From: Eledone cirrhosa
Lineage: Eukaryota
NCBI GenBank assembly: GCA_964016885.1
Contig: OZ024743.1
Location: forward strand, 347,820,001 to 347,884,000
Direction of reading: 5' to 3'
DNA: 64,000 nucleotides
Positions 25,721-39,279 of this stretch are shown here, in pieces. Every line of letters begins with the position of its first letter. Within the stretch, counting starts at the first letter, position 1. A program made the position numbers and the translations under genes. The notes below the pieces were generated by a model. The model saw only the letters and a list, made by a program, of their open reading frames with translations. It was not told where the DNA came from and did not search any database.

Positions 25721-25956
25721 CCTGTGTCAGTGTTGAACAAAAAGGTGACGTGGTTGCCTTAACACCGTATGGCATAAATTCAGGCTGTTCAGTTTGTTTA
25801 CAAACGAACAAAGCGACGTTAGCGCCGCTAAACTGATACGTGCATATATGTATGTGTACCTGTATGCATATGTATGTATATATGTATATATATATATATA
25901 TGTGCATGCTACTGTACGTCTGTATACATATATGTATGTACGTATACATGCATACT

Positions 25957-25999
<43 letters not shown>

Positions 26000-26391
26000 A
26001 ACCAACAGGCTTTAGTGTATATATATATATATATATATATATACACTAATGGCTGCTGGTTCTTTATGATTTTAAATTAGCTGTTCAATAAATAGAAATC
26101 GCAGCAAGGCCTCAATCCAATTATTGAAATCAGTAAAAGAGTAAGAAAATTCAGCGAAAATCTTATTGAATTACGTTATGAAGTATCCAGACCCATTCCA
26201 GCGGTGCTAACATAAATATGGCACCGACGGATATAGATGAAATAATTTGCTGACAAATTCCACAAAACAATTAATATTCATTAATATAGAATATCTCAGA
26301 TTAAAAGTGTCACGTTTTAAATTCGCAGCTTTAATTGAAACGTTAATGAGAATTATGAGTGAAATAGATTAAACGGCAGGCAAAATATGTT

Positions 26392-26432
<41 letters not shown>

Positions 26433-26511
26433 AATAAATTCGCGCATACATTTATACACACACTCGTGTTCAAACACTTCGACATGCACATCCACACATA
26501 TATATGTGTAT

Positions 26512-26640
26512 GTAACGAAGGAAATGGGACCATAACGCACCGAATTACTCAATACCTAGGGTAGTATAGTGGGTAATAGGAACAAGTATGACCCCGACGG
26601 CAGAGCTCAAGCCGTTTCGATGGCTAATTTTGGACTCAAT
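26512..26640 (-). mobile_element. Short PLE 3'-terminal fragment
   Basis: Matches 8357-8495 (HHR 3' half and tail); TA-rich flanks. Confidence 0.75.
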
Positions 26641-26667
26641 GTTTGTATGTATATATATATGTATATA

Positions 26668-27433
26668 TATAATCAAGGTTTAGCAAATAAGAAAAAGTTT
26701 TAAAATAAATTTTAAAAAGTTTACTGTACCTGCTGTAATTACCCTTACCGCGCGGTTCAAGTCTCAAAATAAATGGATAATCTATGCGGAAATATTGAGA
26801 AGAAGACTTTCGTCAGAGGGTTTTTCTCACTCGGAGAACATAAAATTCCCGAGTTCAAATCACGAACTGGCGCCATACAGAACTCTTCCCGAGATGAGAG
26901 TGTATGATGAAGAAATAATTTTGTTTAGTGCCGTGTGTAAAGGTAGAAGGCAGGGGCGGAAACGTCAATGTACTGCCATTAGAAATAGCAGCTGTTAAAA
27001 TCACCAAAATGTTATCTCGACCAGGGGGGATTAATAATAATAAAGTATGTTTCCCTACATGCAAAATGCATATAGGTATACATGTATTATCCAACTGTAT
27101 GCCAATGTGGTTCTATGGCAGATTAATAAATTAACGAGCCAGAACATATATAATCATGGTTTAGCAAATAAGAAATGGTTTTAAATTAAATTTTAAAAAG
27201 TTCACTGTACCTGCTGTAATTACCCTTACCGCGCGGTTTCAAGTCTCAAAATAAATGGATAATCCAAGCGGAAATTCATTGAGAAGAAGACTTTCGTCAG
27301 AGGGTTTTCCTCACTCGGAGAATATAAAATTCCCGAGTTCAAATCACCAACTGACGCCATACAGAACTATTCACGAGATGAGAGTGTATGATGCAGAAAC
27401 AATTGTGTCTAGTGCCGTGTGTAAAGATAGAAG
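26668..27433 (-). repeat. 481-bp HHR-containing unit, ~1.6 tandem copies
   Basis: aatca(a/t)ggtttagcaaataag at 26671 and 27152; (TA)n flanks. Confidence 0.9.
27222..27305 (-). ncRNA. Type I hammerhead ribozyme
   Basis: accct-CTGACGA-aagtct...agactt-GAAA-ccgcgcgg-TA-agggt. The copy at 26741-26821 lacks one A of GAAA. Confidence 0.9.
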
Positions 27434-27800
27434 ATATATATATATATATTAGTATATAAATACATATACAAATAATATATTTATATGTGGGTGGTGGTCT
27501 GTCTGTATGTGCGTGCGTGTGAGTGTGTGCGTTTGTGTGTGTGTCCATATGTATGTGTATGTTTATGACATTCATAATTTATCTGAAAATTCGTTTATTC
27601 ACGAGGTGTTATTAGGTAACCACTCTGTGTCCCCGGGAAAGATATTAAATTTACAGAACTATTTAAAAAGCTGTTTTTTGTATCTCTGGTAAACTAAGAA
27701 AAATGTGGAGACATTGTTATTGCTATATATTTTACACTGGAAATTACATCATACAGCGTATTTTTACCTTTATTACATATCTTGGGTGGAAGCAGATTTT

Positions 27801-27986
27801 AATTGTTTCTACTTTTCGCACAAGGCCAGCAATTATCCCAGTGTATTACTGCTACTTTATTTTATCGACCCCGTAAGTTTGAAATGCAAAGTTAACTTGG
27901 GCGGGATTTGAACTCACACCATAAAGGGCCGTAACTGTTGGCTGCAAAGCATGGCATCAGTCCCTCTACCGATACTGCCAATCCAC
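27801..27986 (-). mobile_element. Octopod-type tRNA-derived SINE
   Basis: rc of ggattggcagtatcggtaga..gagttcaaatcccgcc..ttaactttgc..ggggtcgataaaataaagta. Confidence 0.85.
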
Positions 27987-28257
27987 AGCATTGACACTTC
28001 CTACAAGTTTTTAGAAACGTAATAAATTCGCCACTTTAAGAATATTTGGGATATAATATAATACATTCCAAGGATTTGTAGCAGAGCATCGATATAGTAA
28101 TCAGAACGTCGTGTAGAGTAATTACCCTTTGTTCCGGTCGAATGCATTACTCGATGAGGTAAACTGCTTTTCAAAATTAAACTACTGGTATAGTAATGGT
28201 GCTGCTGCTGCTTCTTCTTCTTCTTCTTCTTCTTCTTCTTCTTCTTCTTCTTCTTCT

Positions 28258-28317
<60 letters not shown>

Positions 28318-29588
28318 CACTATTCTATTTCTCTCAAGCATGGAATAAATTGAGTTTGTTTAGACCAGCAGATGGATGGAATCCACCAGTTTAAAACAGA
28401 CTATGACGGTGTTCATCCGACTCCATCACACGTTCAGAGCTGATTGATGAAACCTTTACGATATTCAAGGAAATTGTAGCGGCCGTGTCGTTTTTCTCAC
28501 ATAATCTAATCTGCCAAGGAGTGCATCGATGTTCTTAATAACTGAGAGTTGTTTCTATTGTCGTGGAGTTTATTTTATCGTTTTTAATTTGTTTTTGATA
28601 AACTGGGGAAAATATAAATAAAATATTTCCCTTGTTTGATATTTTGGTATGAGGGAGTAGAGCAAATTGTTTAGTACAGCATGAGGAATGTTAGTTACAA
28701 CAAGAGATATATAAGACCAGGAAAGAAGTAAATGAAACACACGGCCCTTTGTTTGCTGTGGTCAATTACCTGGAAGTTTACACCGCACGCAAAACATATA
28801 TATGGTTTAAATATTGATGTTTTGTTTGTTTTCACGCACTGCGTGGTATCTTGGGCAAATATATTTTACAATAGGCAAGTCTTCAGTCAGGCTATTACTA
28901 AATCTTCGAGATTGATTATCTCTAGGCTAAATACTTGGTCCGGGGTGGATTTCGTTAAAAACCTTCATCATCCGTGTAGAGATATTAAAACGCGCAACTG
29001 ATTAAATCTACCACAAAAATAATTTCTGTTTCCAAAATGTTATCCACAAGACATTGGTGGGTACGAGTATATGATAGTAGATACTTGCTCCAGGTGTCAC
29101 GCTGTGAAACTGAACCCGACAAATCAATAATTATGTAATATAATGATAAGAGAGTTGATGAGTGAAGGAAATTTTACTACTTCCAGTACCGCTTTCTGAA
29201 AATCAAACATTAATTAGTGTGTATATATGTATGCGAATGAACGTACCAAATACATGAATTTTCATTTCAAATATAAGGTGAATGTATATATGATAACAGA
29301 CTTTTGGATGTTAAACTGTTTTCTAAACTTGAAATGGGCACCTAAATGATAGAGTAGGTAATACATATTTTTTGAAAATATATAATTAATTATAATTATA
29401 CGAAATTTGTTAAATCCAATAACATATCTGTTTGAATTATTTATATTACCTATTTTTGAACTAAAACATTTCAAGAATTAATTATTCAGATGCCAAACAT
29501 CGTGGATTTGATTCCTGCCTGATACACGAAAAACACCTAAAATCAAAGTTATCTCGTTCCTCTATTCTTTTTTATTATTGTGTTATGT

Positions 29589-29755
29589 TGGATTGGCAGA
29601 TTCGGTAGAGCGTTGGACACTATGCTTCACGTATATAGGGTTACGCCCCTTTACGTTCTGAGTTCAAATCCCGCCGAGGTTAACTTTGCCTTTCATCCTT
29701 ACGGGGTCGATCAAATAACATACCAGTAATGCCTTGTGCCTAAATCAGAAACCAT
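29589..29755 (+). mobile_element. Octopod-type SINE
   Basis: A/B-box-like head; gagttcaaatcccgccgaggttaactttgcctttcatcc. Confidence 0.85.
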
Positions 29756-30361
29756 TATTGTGCTATCTTGAAGCTGGGGAACCTTTCCCATTTTTTCATC
29801 ACAGTACTTGTTAATGTATGTAATCATTATATTATATTTATTTAACCGACGACCTTGTAATAAGGAACGTATATAGAGAAACATAAATATTCAGAAATAC
29901 CAAAAATTAACCAGCTACTACCCACTTCCCGTCACCATAATTTCTCTCACAATGCATTGGTCAATCTAAGGTTATCGTAGAACATATTTGATGAAGTCAC
30001 CCAGTACCACGTTTTTCCAAAAGGACCATGCTCCCAGTTGAACTAAAGCAAATATGAAACTATCAATACAAATACTATTCTCGTAATTTCTATCAAGAGA
30101 CGTGCCATCCTCTGCATGTTATATTACACATACTTAAGTATTGACGATACAAGATTAATTTGATTCCAAATATTATCATTAATTCTCAAATCGAAGAAAA
30201 TCGTTTTGCACAATGACTGATTTTTGCAGGAATGGAAGGAATCGATATCATATAAATACATACATAAATAAATAAATAATCAAACTTTCCTTGCTGTATA
30301 AATAAATGTTGCTTTGCTAGTTCTTATTTTATTAATGCTTGTGGTATAAGGGAAATGGTTA

Positions 30362-30545
30362 AGCAGAATAGTTAGAGCGTCAGATAAAAGGCTTGGCGGC
30401 ATTTTGTTATGGATCTATTGAGTTCAAGTCCCTTTAATGTCAACTTTGCCTTTCATCCTTCTTGGATTAATAAAATAAAGTACCATTTAAGTCATGTGTT
30501 GTATATAATCGATTTTTCCCTCACCCAAATTAGTGGTTTTGTGCG
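30362..30545 (+). mobile_element. Octopod-type SINE (diverged)
   Basis: gagttcaagtcc..caactttgcctttcatcc..taaaataaagtacca. Confidence 0.7.
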
Positions 30546-31040
30546 AAATTTTACACTTTAGAAATTTTCTGATTTCTATTCTAATATTTCTAAAAGGTGT
30601 ACAGGTCGAAGAAAATAGATTGCGTGACTATTAAACAATTCTAAATGCATTTAGCAATAGTGTAAACTTATTGGGACAGAAATTAATTAAATTTTACCCG
30701 CTCAGATTACGTCTGAATTGAGAAGATAGGGAAATGGAAATATGATGAAGCTAGAATACTTCCTTTAATATAACCATACTTACCAATCACAAAGGTGAAA
30801 CGCAAATTATTTAATATGCTTTATAAGTCATAATATCGAATATCACAAGGCCTTGCACAGCTTTGTGCACCGGCATAACCAGCCACGATATGAAAGTGTT
30901 CGTTCTTCCTTTGAAATCCGCAACCGATGGGGTACCGGCGTTATGAACCGGTACTTAATTGGACAGCGACTGTCCGCGTACACATCGGAGTTTCGCCGAG
31001 ACACGAAACTTCCGCTCGGGATCCACTATGCATTATTTCG

Positions 31041-31223
31041 GTGAATTGGCAGTATCGGTAGAGGGTCGGACGCCATGCTTTCCAGAATAGTTACGTCCCT
31101 TTACGATCTGAGTTCAAATCCTGCCGAGGTTAACTTTGCCTTTCATCCTTACGGGGTCGATAAAATAAAGTACCAGTAATGTACTGGATAATTGCTGGCC
31201 TTGTGCCTAAAATAGAAACAATT
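31041..31223 (+). mobile_element. Octopod-type SINE
   Basis: Full head-to-tail match to the other copies. Confidence 0.88.
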
Positions 31224-31254
31224 ATTTCGGCCTTCACCTATTATATACCGGTAA

Positions 31255-31795
31255 AGGGCCTGCCAGCTCCCACGCTGTGCCGCTATGAAGAATACCATAA
31301 AGAGCGGATTGGAGGCACCAGATTTCCCTTCCAAGTTTTAGCGATGATGCGTGGCCGAGAGAAAGCAGAGGGCCAGATGGCACCACATTTTTCTCTTACT
31401 GTGGTGGTAAGTCCATCAACTGGGACATAACATGCAGTGGCACTTTCTCCAGCGGCTACATGGTCCATATGGTGATAGATCTAGGCTGCATTGTCCGACA
31501 AGCTGAAAGATCGTAAGTTAACACTCACCGATGGCTTTTTTGCTAAATCTATAATGGTGGACACTTCTGGCGCTCTTTGTCTCCGAACCATCTCACTACT
31601 CACAAATATCAGAGCGCAGTTGGCCACGCACATGAATGAGCCCTGTCTGCTCAGTCTTCATGGCGGTCAGTACTTGGTATCAATAAATCGTTCACACACA
31701 ACACCTGAACCCGTATCATTGGGGGCAGTGACGTTTGAGCACACTTTTATTAACCTGACAATCAAGAATGATACCATTGAAAAATACATTTGAAT
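31255..31795 (-). mobile_element. Tc1/mariner transposase relic
   Basis: Minus-strand DNAA and WPSAFSRP (WP.SPD-like) remnants, frameshifted. Confidence 0.5.
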
Positions 31796-32436
31796 TGTCT
31801 TATTACATTTAGCGGTTATCTGAATAAGTGCATGGTGATTTATATTATACTACAGAATACCTTCCCATCGACAAATAGCAACTAGTATATAACCCAAGGA
31901 ACATGCTATAATTGACCAATGTGATTAAAAAAATTTCATTGCAAAAATGAAAGACGTAATTTTCAAGACACCAACAGCTATATTGAACTTACTTGTACGA
32001 CATTGCTTACCATGAACTTTAAAAATAAGCAATTGTTTGGACTGGTTCTTTATTCATACGAAAGGATAAAATATGTTTACCAAGTTGAAATGAAGACAAC
32101 TAAATATAGCCACTTAAGTCATTTTCTCTAACGGCTCCGGGCCATTTCTATGTTATTTTTATACCTTCCGTTCTATTGTTAAGTAATATAACGCTTCGAA
32201 AAAGTAGTGTCCTTAAAATATATGAAATAAGTAATGATGTCGATATCATCAATCGGACCCATTGAAGTTAATACCCCTGCAGGGCCGTAGTCCAACGTTT
32301 GAAACAAAGAAAATATAAAAGAACAGACACTCCGGCAATCATACACTCACTCATAAATGCACACACAGGCAAACACACTGACACGCGCACACACAAACAC
32401 GCACACACGCACGCACACACACACACACGCACACAC

Positions 32437-32483
<47 letters not shown>

Positions 32484-32855
32484 TATATATATATGTATGT
32501 ATGTATGTATGTATCTATGCACGCATGTGTATGTGTGTGTGTATAAACTTAAGAAAATCTACAAAGAGAGCACAAGAACAAATGAAAAATACTTTTCTAA
32601 AGGAAAACCTCAAATAATAATTAAAAAAAAAAAAAAATACAAACGAAGAAGATAGAACGAACGGTCATCGGCCATTGAGATAGACTTTGGCACTGTCGAC
32701 CCTACCAACGCTGCTGCTAGTACGCCCGGGGTCAAAGCTTCTGACACAAGCCAAACGCTGTCCAGCGGAATAATAGATGAGGAAGAAAACATTAATTTAT
32801 AGCAACTAAGCTACAAGTACACATAATTTTATGTGACGTCAAGGTTCATACACAA

Positions 32856-32892
<37 letters not shown>

Positions 32893-32901
<9 letters not shown>

Positions 32902-33686
32902 GAAAGGTATAGAAAACACTGCAGCGAAAAGCGAACAGCATTCCATAGTATATAAGTGACTATAGCGTCAAAATGGGAACGTAAGATGTGGAAAAAATAA
33001 TTTAAACTCATCTTAAAGAGGATCATGATATAAATTCATCCACAGAATTTAGTGAAATCCAGGGGAAAATTAATAGAGCCTTAACTCATGATAAAATAAA
33101 GTTCAAGTTACCTATCCTTCAATTTGGAAAAACTTCAAATGCTCTGTATAGTCGTAAGACTATTTCATGAAAACTTTCACCGGAGATGGTCACGGTTGGA
33201 ACTCATCATCAGCAGAGCTCAACTCGATAACCAGGATTCTCGCAGATTAATATACCAAAAAGGGAATTCTAAAGCTGGCCAGTCCAACATCATGCGTGAT
33301 CACGAAAAACGCACACGAGGAAAAAATGGCTATTGACGTCAGAATGAGACGAAAGTTTGTTTACAAGAAACAACAGTCAAAAACATTCCGAAAAAAACTC
33401 TACAGTAAGGAGTTCAGCAAAATGCAATATTATCGCAGTTTTTTATTAAAAAAACCGGGATTAGTCACAAATAATTTAAGCACTCGAGGAAAAATCCGAG
33501 TATAAATATATAAATGAAAGTTATAGAAAACACTGCAGCGAAAAGCGAAAAGCATTCCATAGTATATAAGTGACTATAGCGTCAAAATGGGAAAAATAGT
33601 TAACGTAAGATGTGGGAAAAATAATTTAAACTCATCTTAAAGAGAATCAGGATATAAATTCATCCACAGAATTTAGTGAAATCCAG
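32893..33686 (-). repeat. ~614-bp HHR-containing unit, ~1.3 tandem copies
   Basis: aaatgaaag.tatagaaaacactgcagcg at 32898 and 33512; starts at (TA)n. Confidence 0.85.
33141..33218 (-). ncRNA. Type I hammerhead with full stem III
   Basis: gctctg-CTGATGA-tga..accg..cggt..tca-t-GAAA-tagtc ttac gacta-TA-cagagc. Confidence 0.8.
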
Positions 33687-34199
33687 TAAAATTCAACCAA
33701 TTTTTCAAAATAAATCAAAATCAATTTACAATTAAAATTAATCAAAATTAAAAAATATAATATAAGTATTTACCTATTCGGGTAGCTCTTACTGTACAGT
33801 TTCACTTTGCAAAACATTAGATATCATATGGATATTAATGGAAAAGCAAAGATCATCAGAGAAGCATTCTCCTTTCCTAGGGTTAAAAACCCCAGGAACG
33901 ATAAAATATATGACCTCACTCCAACTAATACAGGCCTGAAAGGTCGTGAAAGTGACCCATAAATACGTTGGTGTATAGTGAAGGCGGGGAATCGTACACT
34001 TGTTGACTATGTTTGCCACCAAAAAAATAAATTTTTAGCAGCTAGATAGAACGACATAATTTTTTCTCTACATAATCGGAGAATAAAGTGTAGGGTTAAT
34101 ATATCTGAGTGTACGATGTACCCTCAGACCACCTTGAATCATAGACAACCATGTATTTCTGAGGGTACATTGTACCCTCAGATATATTAACCTTACACT

Positions 34200-34250
<51 letters not shown>

Positions 34251-34339
34251 TATATATATATTTCGTTTCTGAATTTGTTTAGCAAGATTCTTTATCTGAA
34301 AATGTGTGTTGTCTGAAATGTGTGTTATCTGAAACCGAT

Positions 34340-34822
34340 ATTGTTATACTTTGGGATGGTCATATTGCCAATAAGAAAAACACGCATAAGCTGCTTTCAC
34401 TCCAATGTATTATAAATTAAATTATAAATTTATAAAACTATAAATTTCCGGTTGGTTGGTTGGTTCCACAACCGGACAGTTGTTCATATATTGTCAAAGT
34501 TCTTTCGTCACATTCTGTGACCACTTCAGTGACTGGAGATTTTTTGTTTGTTTTGTGCCTCTTCTTTGTTCTGTCCTACACCACAAAAACAAGATGGCGT
34601 AGGACAGAACAACGGAGAGGCACAAAACAAAGAAAAGAATCCCCAGTCACTGAAGAGGTGACATAATGTGTGACAAAAGAACTTTGACATTATATGAACA
34701 AATTTTCCAACCGGAAATTTATAAATTTTTAAATTTATAATTTAATTTATAATAAATTGGGGTGAAAGCAACTGGTGCGCGTGTTTCTTATTGGCACCTT
34801 GACCCTCCCAAAGTATAACAAT
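34340..34822. repeat. ~480-bp imperfect palindrome, each arm with a decayed HHR
   Basis: ~34340-34580 is the rc of ~34598-34822. HHR remnants at 34493-34533 (-) and 34646-34688 (+). Confidence 0.8.
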
Positions 34823-35025
34823 ATATATATATGTGTATGTATGTATATACTCATATATATATGCATATAAACATACATATATATGCGTAATAAGTGATTT
34901 ACATTCTGTTGACATACGAAACGTTGAATGAGGTTAATTGAAACCGAAATAGCTGAGATGTAATTGGTGATCTGATATTGTCAAAATTATAAATATACAC
35001 ACACGTTCGAATAGACACATGCACG

Positions 35026-35114
<89 letters not shown>

Positions 35115-35185
35115 GCACACATAAAATAACATTCACAAACCCGCTAATACATATACACGTATATATCTACATACATATGTCTCTC

Positions 35186-35221
<36 letters not shown>

Positions 35222-35225
35222 GTAA

Positions 35226-35286
<61 letters not shown>

Positions 35287-35325
35287 ATGTAAGTATATAT
35301 ATATTTATATATATATATTATGTAA

Positions 35326-35402
<77 letters not shown>

Positions 35403-35433
35403 TGTATGCATATATATGTATATATATATATGT

Positions 35434-35479
<46 letters not shown>

Positions 35480-35740
35480 GAGAGAGAGAGATGTAGATAT
35501 ATATGTGTATGTGCGCGTGTGTATATGTATTAGCGGCTTTGTGTTTGAGTGTGTGTGCGCGGGTGCGTGTGTGTGTGTGTGTGTGTGCGTGTGTGGGTGT
35601 GCATGTGTCTATTCGAAAGTATGTGTATATTTATAATTTTGACAATATCAGATCACCAATTGCATCTGAACTATTTCGGTTTCAATTATATGCATACACT
35701 TCGGATTCATATATATGCACACACATACATACACACGCAC

Positions 35741-35777
<37 letters not shown>

Positions 35778-36641
35778 CGTGTGTGTGTGTATGTGTGTGT
35801 GCACGCGTGTGCTTTTGTGTATACACTCACGGAATATTAATCTTTAGAAGTGTATGTTTATGTCAATTTTCATTTCGAGAGAGTTAGACTTGGGAAACAT
35901 TTACTATTTGGTAATAAATAGGCAGAGAAATATTCGTAAACTAGGTTAATTACTGTTATTAATTATAATAATTATTATATTTTCTGATCCCCAACACATT
36001 AAAGAGAGACACATAATAAATGAAAGAGAGTCATAAGGAGAAAGATATATAAGGAGGGCTGATTGTTATTTGTTGACGAGTCTAGTTTGGCTGTTGTTGA
36101 GGCCAATTCTATTTCACTTAGAAAATTAATATTTCTGAAATAGAAGCATGATTAGGTTACAGGCGAATTATGAGGGTCATTAAAGCGGAGGAGAAAAACG
36201 TATGGCACAGTGTTTATGGTGCTGGACTCACGATCATAAGGTCATAAGATCGATGCTATAGCCTAGCAGAGCCTGTTGTTCGTAAAGAAAACAATGTAAT
36301 TCATGTTGTGCTAGTTCAATTGGGAAAAGTAATTTGAGTCAGCAAGGGTGCAAAGCTGTTTCAGCATTTGGCTTTTCCTTAAACAACATCGACAGCGCTG
36401 AGAGGATTAAATTCTATGCATGTTGTTTATCAGTCCCCAACAAATCGCTCTGCCCCGGTTTGTACTTCCGAGAGGCAAACTTCATGACCGATGGGAACAT
36501 TTTCCTTCATTTTTTAAGCAGAGAAATAAAAAATATTCCTAATTTTATTCAGGTTCATTGCGTTCGAAGTTCAAATTTGCCATTCATTTTCATTTTTGGT
36601 CGATAACATATATTTCCGGTCAATGATGGTGGATTAGATAA

Positions 36642-36832
36642 TAATTGCTTCTACTTCTGGCACAAGGCCAACAATTACTCCAGTGCAATACTGGTACTTT
36701 TAATTTTATCGACCCCGTAAGGATGAAAGGCAAAGTTAACCTCGGCGTTATTTGAACTCAGAACGCAAAGGGCCACAACTCTATGATGCAAAGCGTGGTG
36801 TCTGATGCTCTACTGATACCGCCAGTGCATCG
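36642..36832 (-). mobile_element. Octopod-type SINE
   Basis: rc match to the SINE consensus. Confidence 0.85.
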
Positions 36833-37187
36833 CTAGCGATCATTGGGGTATTTATTTCGGCTCGGTGTGTTCTGAGTTCAAATCGTAGTGTAGATTATTT
36901 GGATAGTAGATTTAGTTCTTCGCATGGTTTCACAACAACACATCATCTATATCTACCTTAGAGTGGTTGCACGTATTTGGGACAGTTTAGCGATTTGAGA
37001 ATTATCTTTCTAATTATCCTTCTAATTATCCTTCTAATTATCCTTCTAAACACATTTTTTGGTGATATTACTAGCGCTAAATACCGTTCTGTCATACATA
37101 TCTCTACTTCGTTATGTTTTTAAAAAATATTAATTTTCAATTAACGCTACTAATTCGTAAACCACACACACACACACACACACACAA

Positions 37188-37246
<59 letters not shown>

Positions 37247-37650
37247 CACCTATGTATATATATATAATGGCCCCAGTCTAACGTGTGTTCCCTCCAGGAT
37301 GGCCATATATATATATGCTTAATACATTAACAGAGAAAGCTTTAAGCAATACTCCGACCGACATCCATCTCACTCAACAAACATTATGATATACCTGAGT
37401 ATAACCCTAATTATATGTTTGGGGTGCTAAGTATAATTTATTTTACAGATAGCCGGCTGTATTATTTTATATCAGACATAATTAAATACATCTCTCCTTC
37501 CAAACGACAGTTTCGTTATAAGTTTTCTACAAATTGGGAAAATAATATCCAGGTTATGTAGAAGCCTGCATATAGTCCATAGGTATACATACAGGTGGGC
37601 ACTTATAACTCATCAGTGGATGCCCAGCAATATCAATATAAAAACCTATA

Positions 37651-37707
<57 letters not shown>

Positions 37708-38129
37708 CTTCGACAGCCACACTAGTCAATGCGATTTCGTGCATAAGGGCGGGTGCATAATATTGAACTCAGATTGCACTGAAACCTAGAACAGCCCATC
37801 GGTTAAATGCACATGACACAAGACAGCATCATAGATATAATGGACATCTCGTGAGTGTCATTCGTGCTGATATGATAACAAGTAAATCAGGTAAAACGTT
37901 TTCATAATTATGAGTACGGATTATTTTTTTTATGCTTATGTGTATGAGTGTTAACATGTGTCGGTCAATCACTACATGTAAGTTCAACGGTAAAGACTAA
38001 CCATTCCATTCAACCATACGTAAAAATAATAAAAATAACAGCCTTATAATTAGTAACTTATTGGCCGGTCAAGAATAATAAAAACAACGTACATTTTACT
38101 GTTATATATCCCCCTAACAGGCTGCGAAG

Positions 38130-38270
38130 TTACAGAGTCGTTAGAACGAAGGCTAGAACAGTTTATGGTATTCAGTCTGGCTTGCTCTTCGCTCAGTTCA
38201 AATCCCGCCGAGGTGAACTTTATCATTTCGAGGTCAATAAAAAAATACCATTCCATTACGGGGATCGATT
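38130..38270 (+). mobile_element. Octopod-type SINE (diverged)
   Basis: cagttcaaatcccgccgaggtgaacttt. Confidence 0.7.
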
Positions 38271-38664
38271 TTTCTTCTATATCTATTTCTCTCTTCCTCT
38301 CTCTGAATTTCTGTCCAGCTCTAGAAGAAATCTGCCGTATTCAGAGTTGGAGAGGGATGGGATTCGCCAGGCTTAAGTTCCACAAGAAACGCCGTATGTT
38401 AATACAGCGACACAACCAATCCATTAGGAGTTATGGGACCATGCCATACCCATCTACCGGTTATTCTTGTTATCGTTATAGCAAAGTGTAAACTATAGTG
38501 TCTGTGTGTTAGTTAATATTACTTTAATTGATGTAAATCAATGTAAATACGGTGATGACCGAGCTCGAGAAAGAATAAGAAGAATAATAATAAGAAGAAA
38601 AGGACTCGAACATCTAATCAAGCGATTATAAAATTAAACATTTTTTTTACTATAAATCCCCTCA

Positions 38665-38706
<42 letters not shown>

Positions 38707-38738
38707 ACACACAAACACACAAACACGGACACACACAC

Positions 38739-38794
<56 letters not shown>

Positions 38795-39185
38795 GTATAT
38801 ATATTTCATATATATATGTGTTAGATGTGCGTAACTAAAGTTCCGATGGTAGGCCCGGCTAAGCACTCGATGCTGTTGCAATGTTCCGTGTCGTGTTGGG
38901 TTGTATTCCAGAGTTACAGCCGTAATATGCAGAGTGCAAATATAAGTAATCAGAATCGCAGACAGAGTGCACCATATATATAAGATGTATTCTAATAGTA
39001 CAATCGTTTCAATATTGATTGGCTCAATGTAAAATCGGGGCCTGACTCTATCAGATTTCATCAAAAACACATTTATATGATTGAAAATTTCCGTCGTGTA
39101 GAAGTAATTTCTATATAAAATAGTTAAATAATAAATGAATATACCTACACGTATGTGTAACTTTGTGTGTGGTTATGTGTGTGGT

Positions 39186-39279
<94 letters not shown>

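Larger units (their letters stand above)
24181..25960. repeat. Retrozyme-like array: 3 direct 466/468/466-bp units plus an inverted partial unit
   Basis: Unit starts at 24181, 24647, 25115, 25581. 25593-25960 is a reverse complement. Units differ visibly only in TA count. One HHR per unit. Confidence 0.95.

Noticed and set aside
24196-25949. Repeated 93- and 112-aa ORFs in the 466-bp units; CRISPR-like or tandem-gene interpretation
   Set aside because: The ORFs run through a TA/CA tract and are frameshifted in unit 2. There are no unique spacers and no cas genes, and the DNA is eukaryotic.
34935-35690. Inverted repeat pair (~34935-35030 and ~35600-35690) around microsatellites
   Set aside because: The inversion is real, but no HHR core or coding signal was found, so no function can be assigned.
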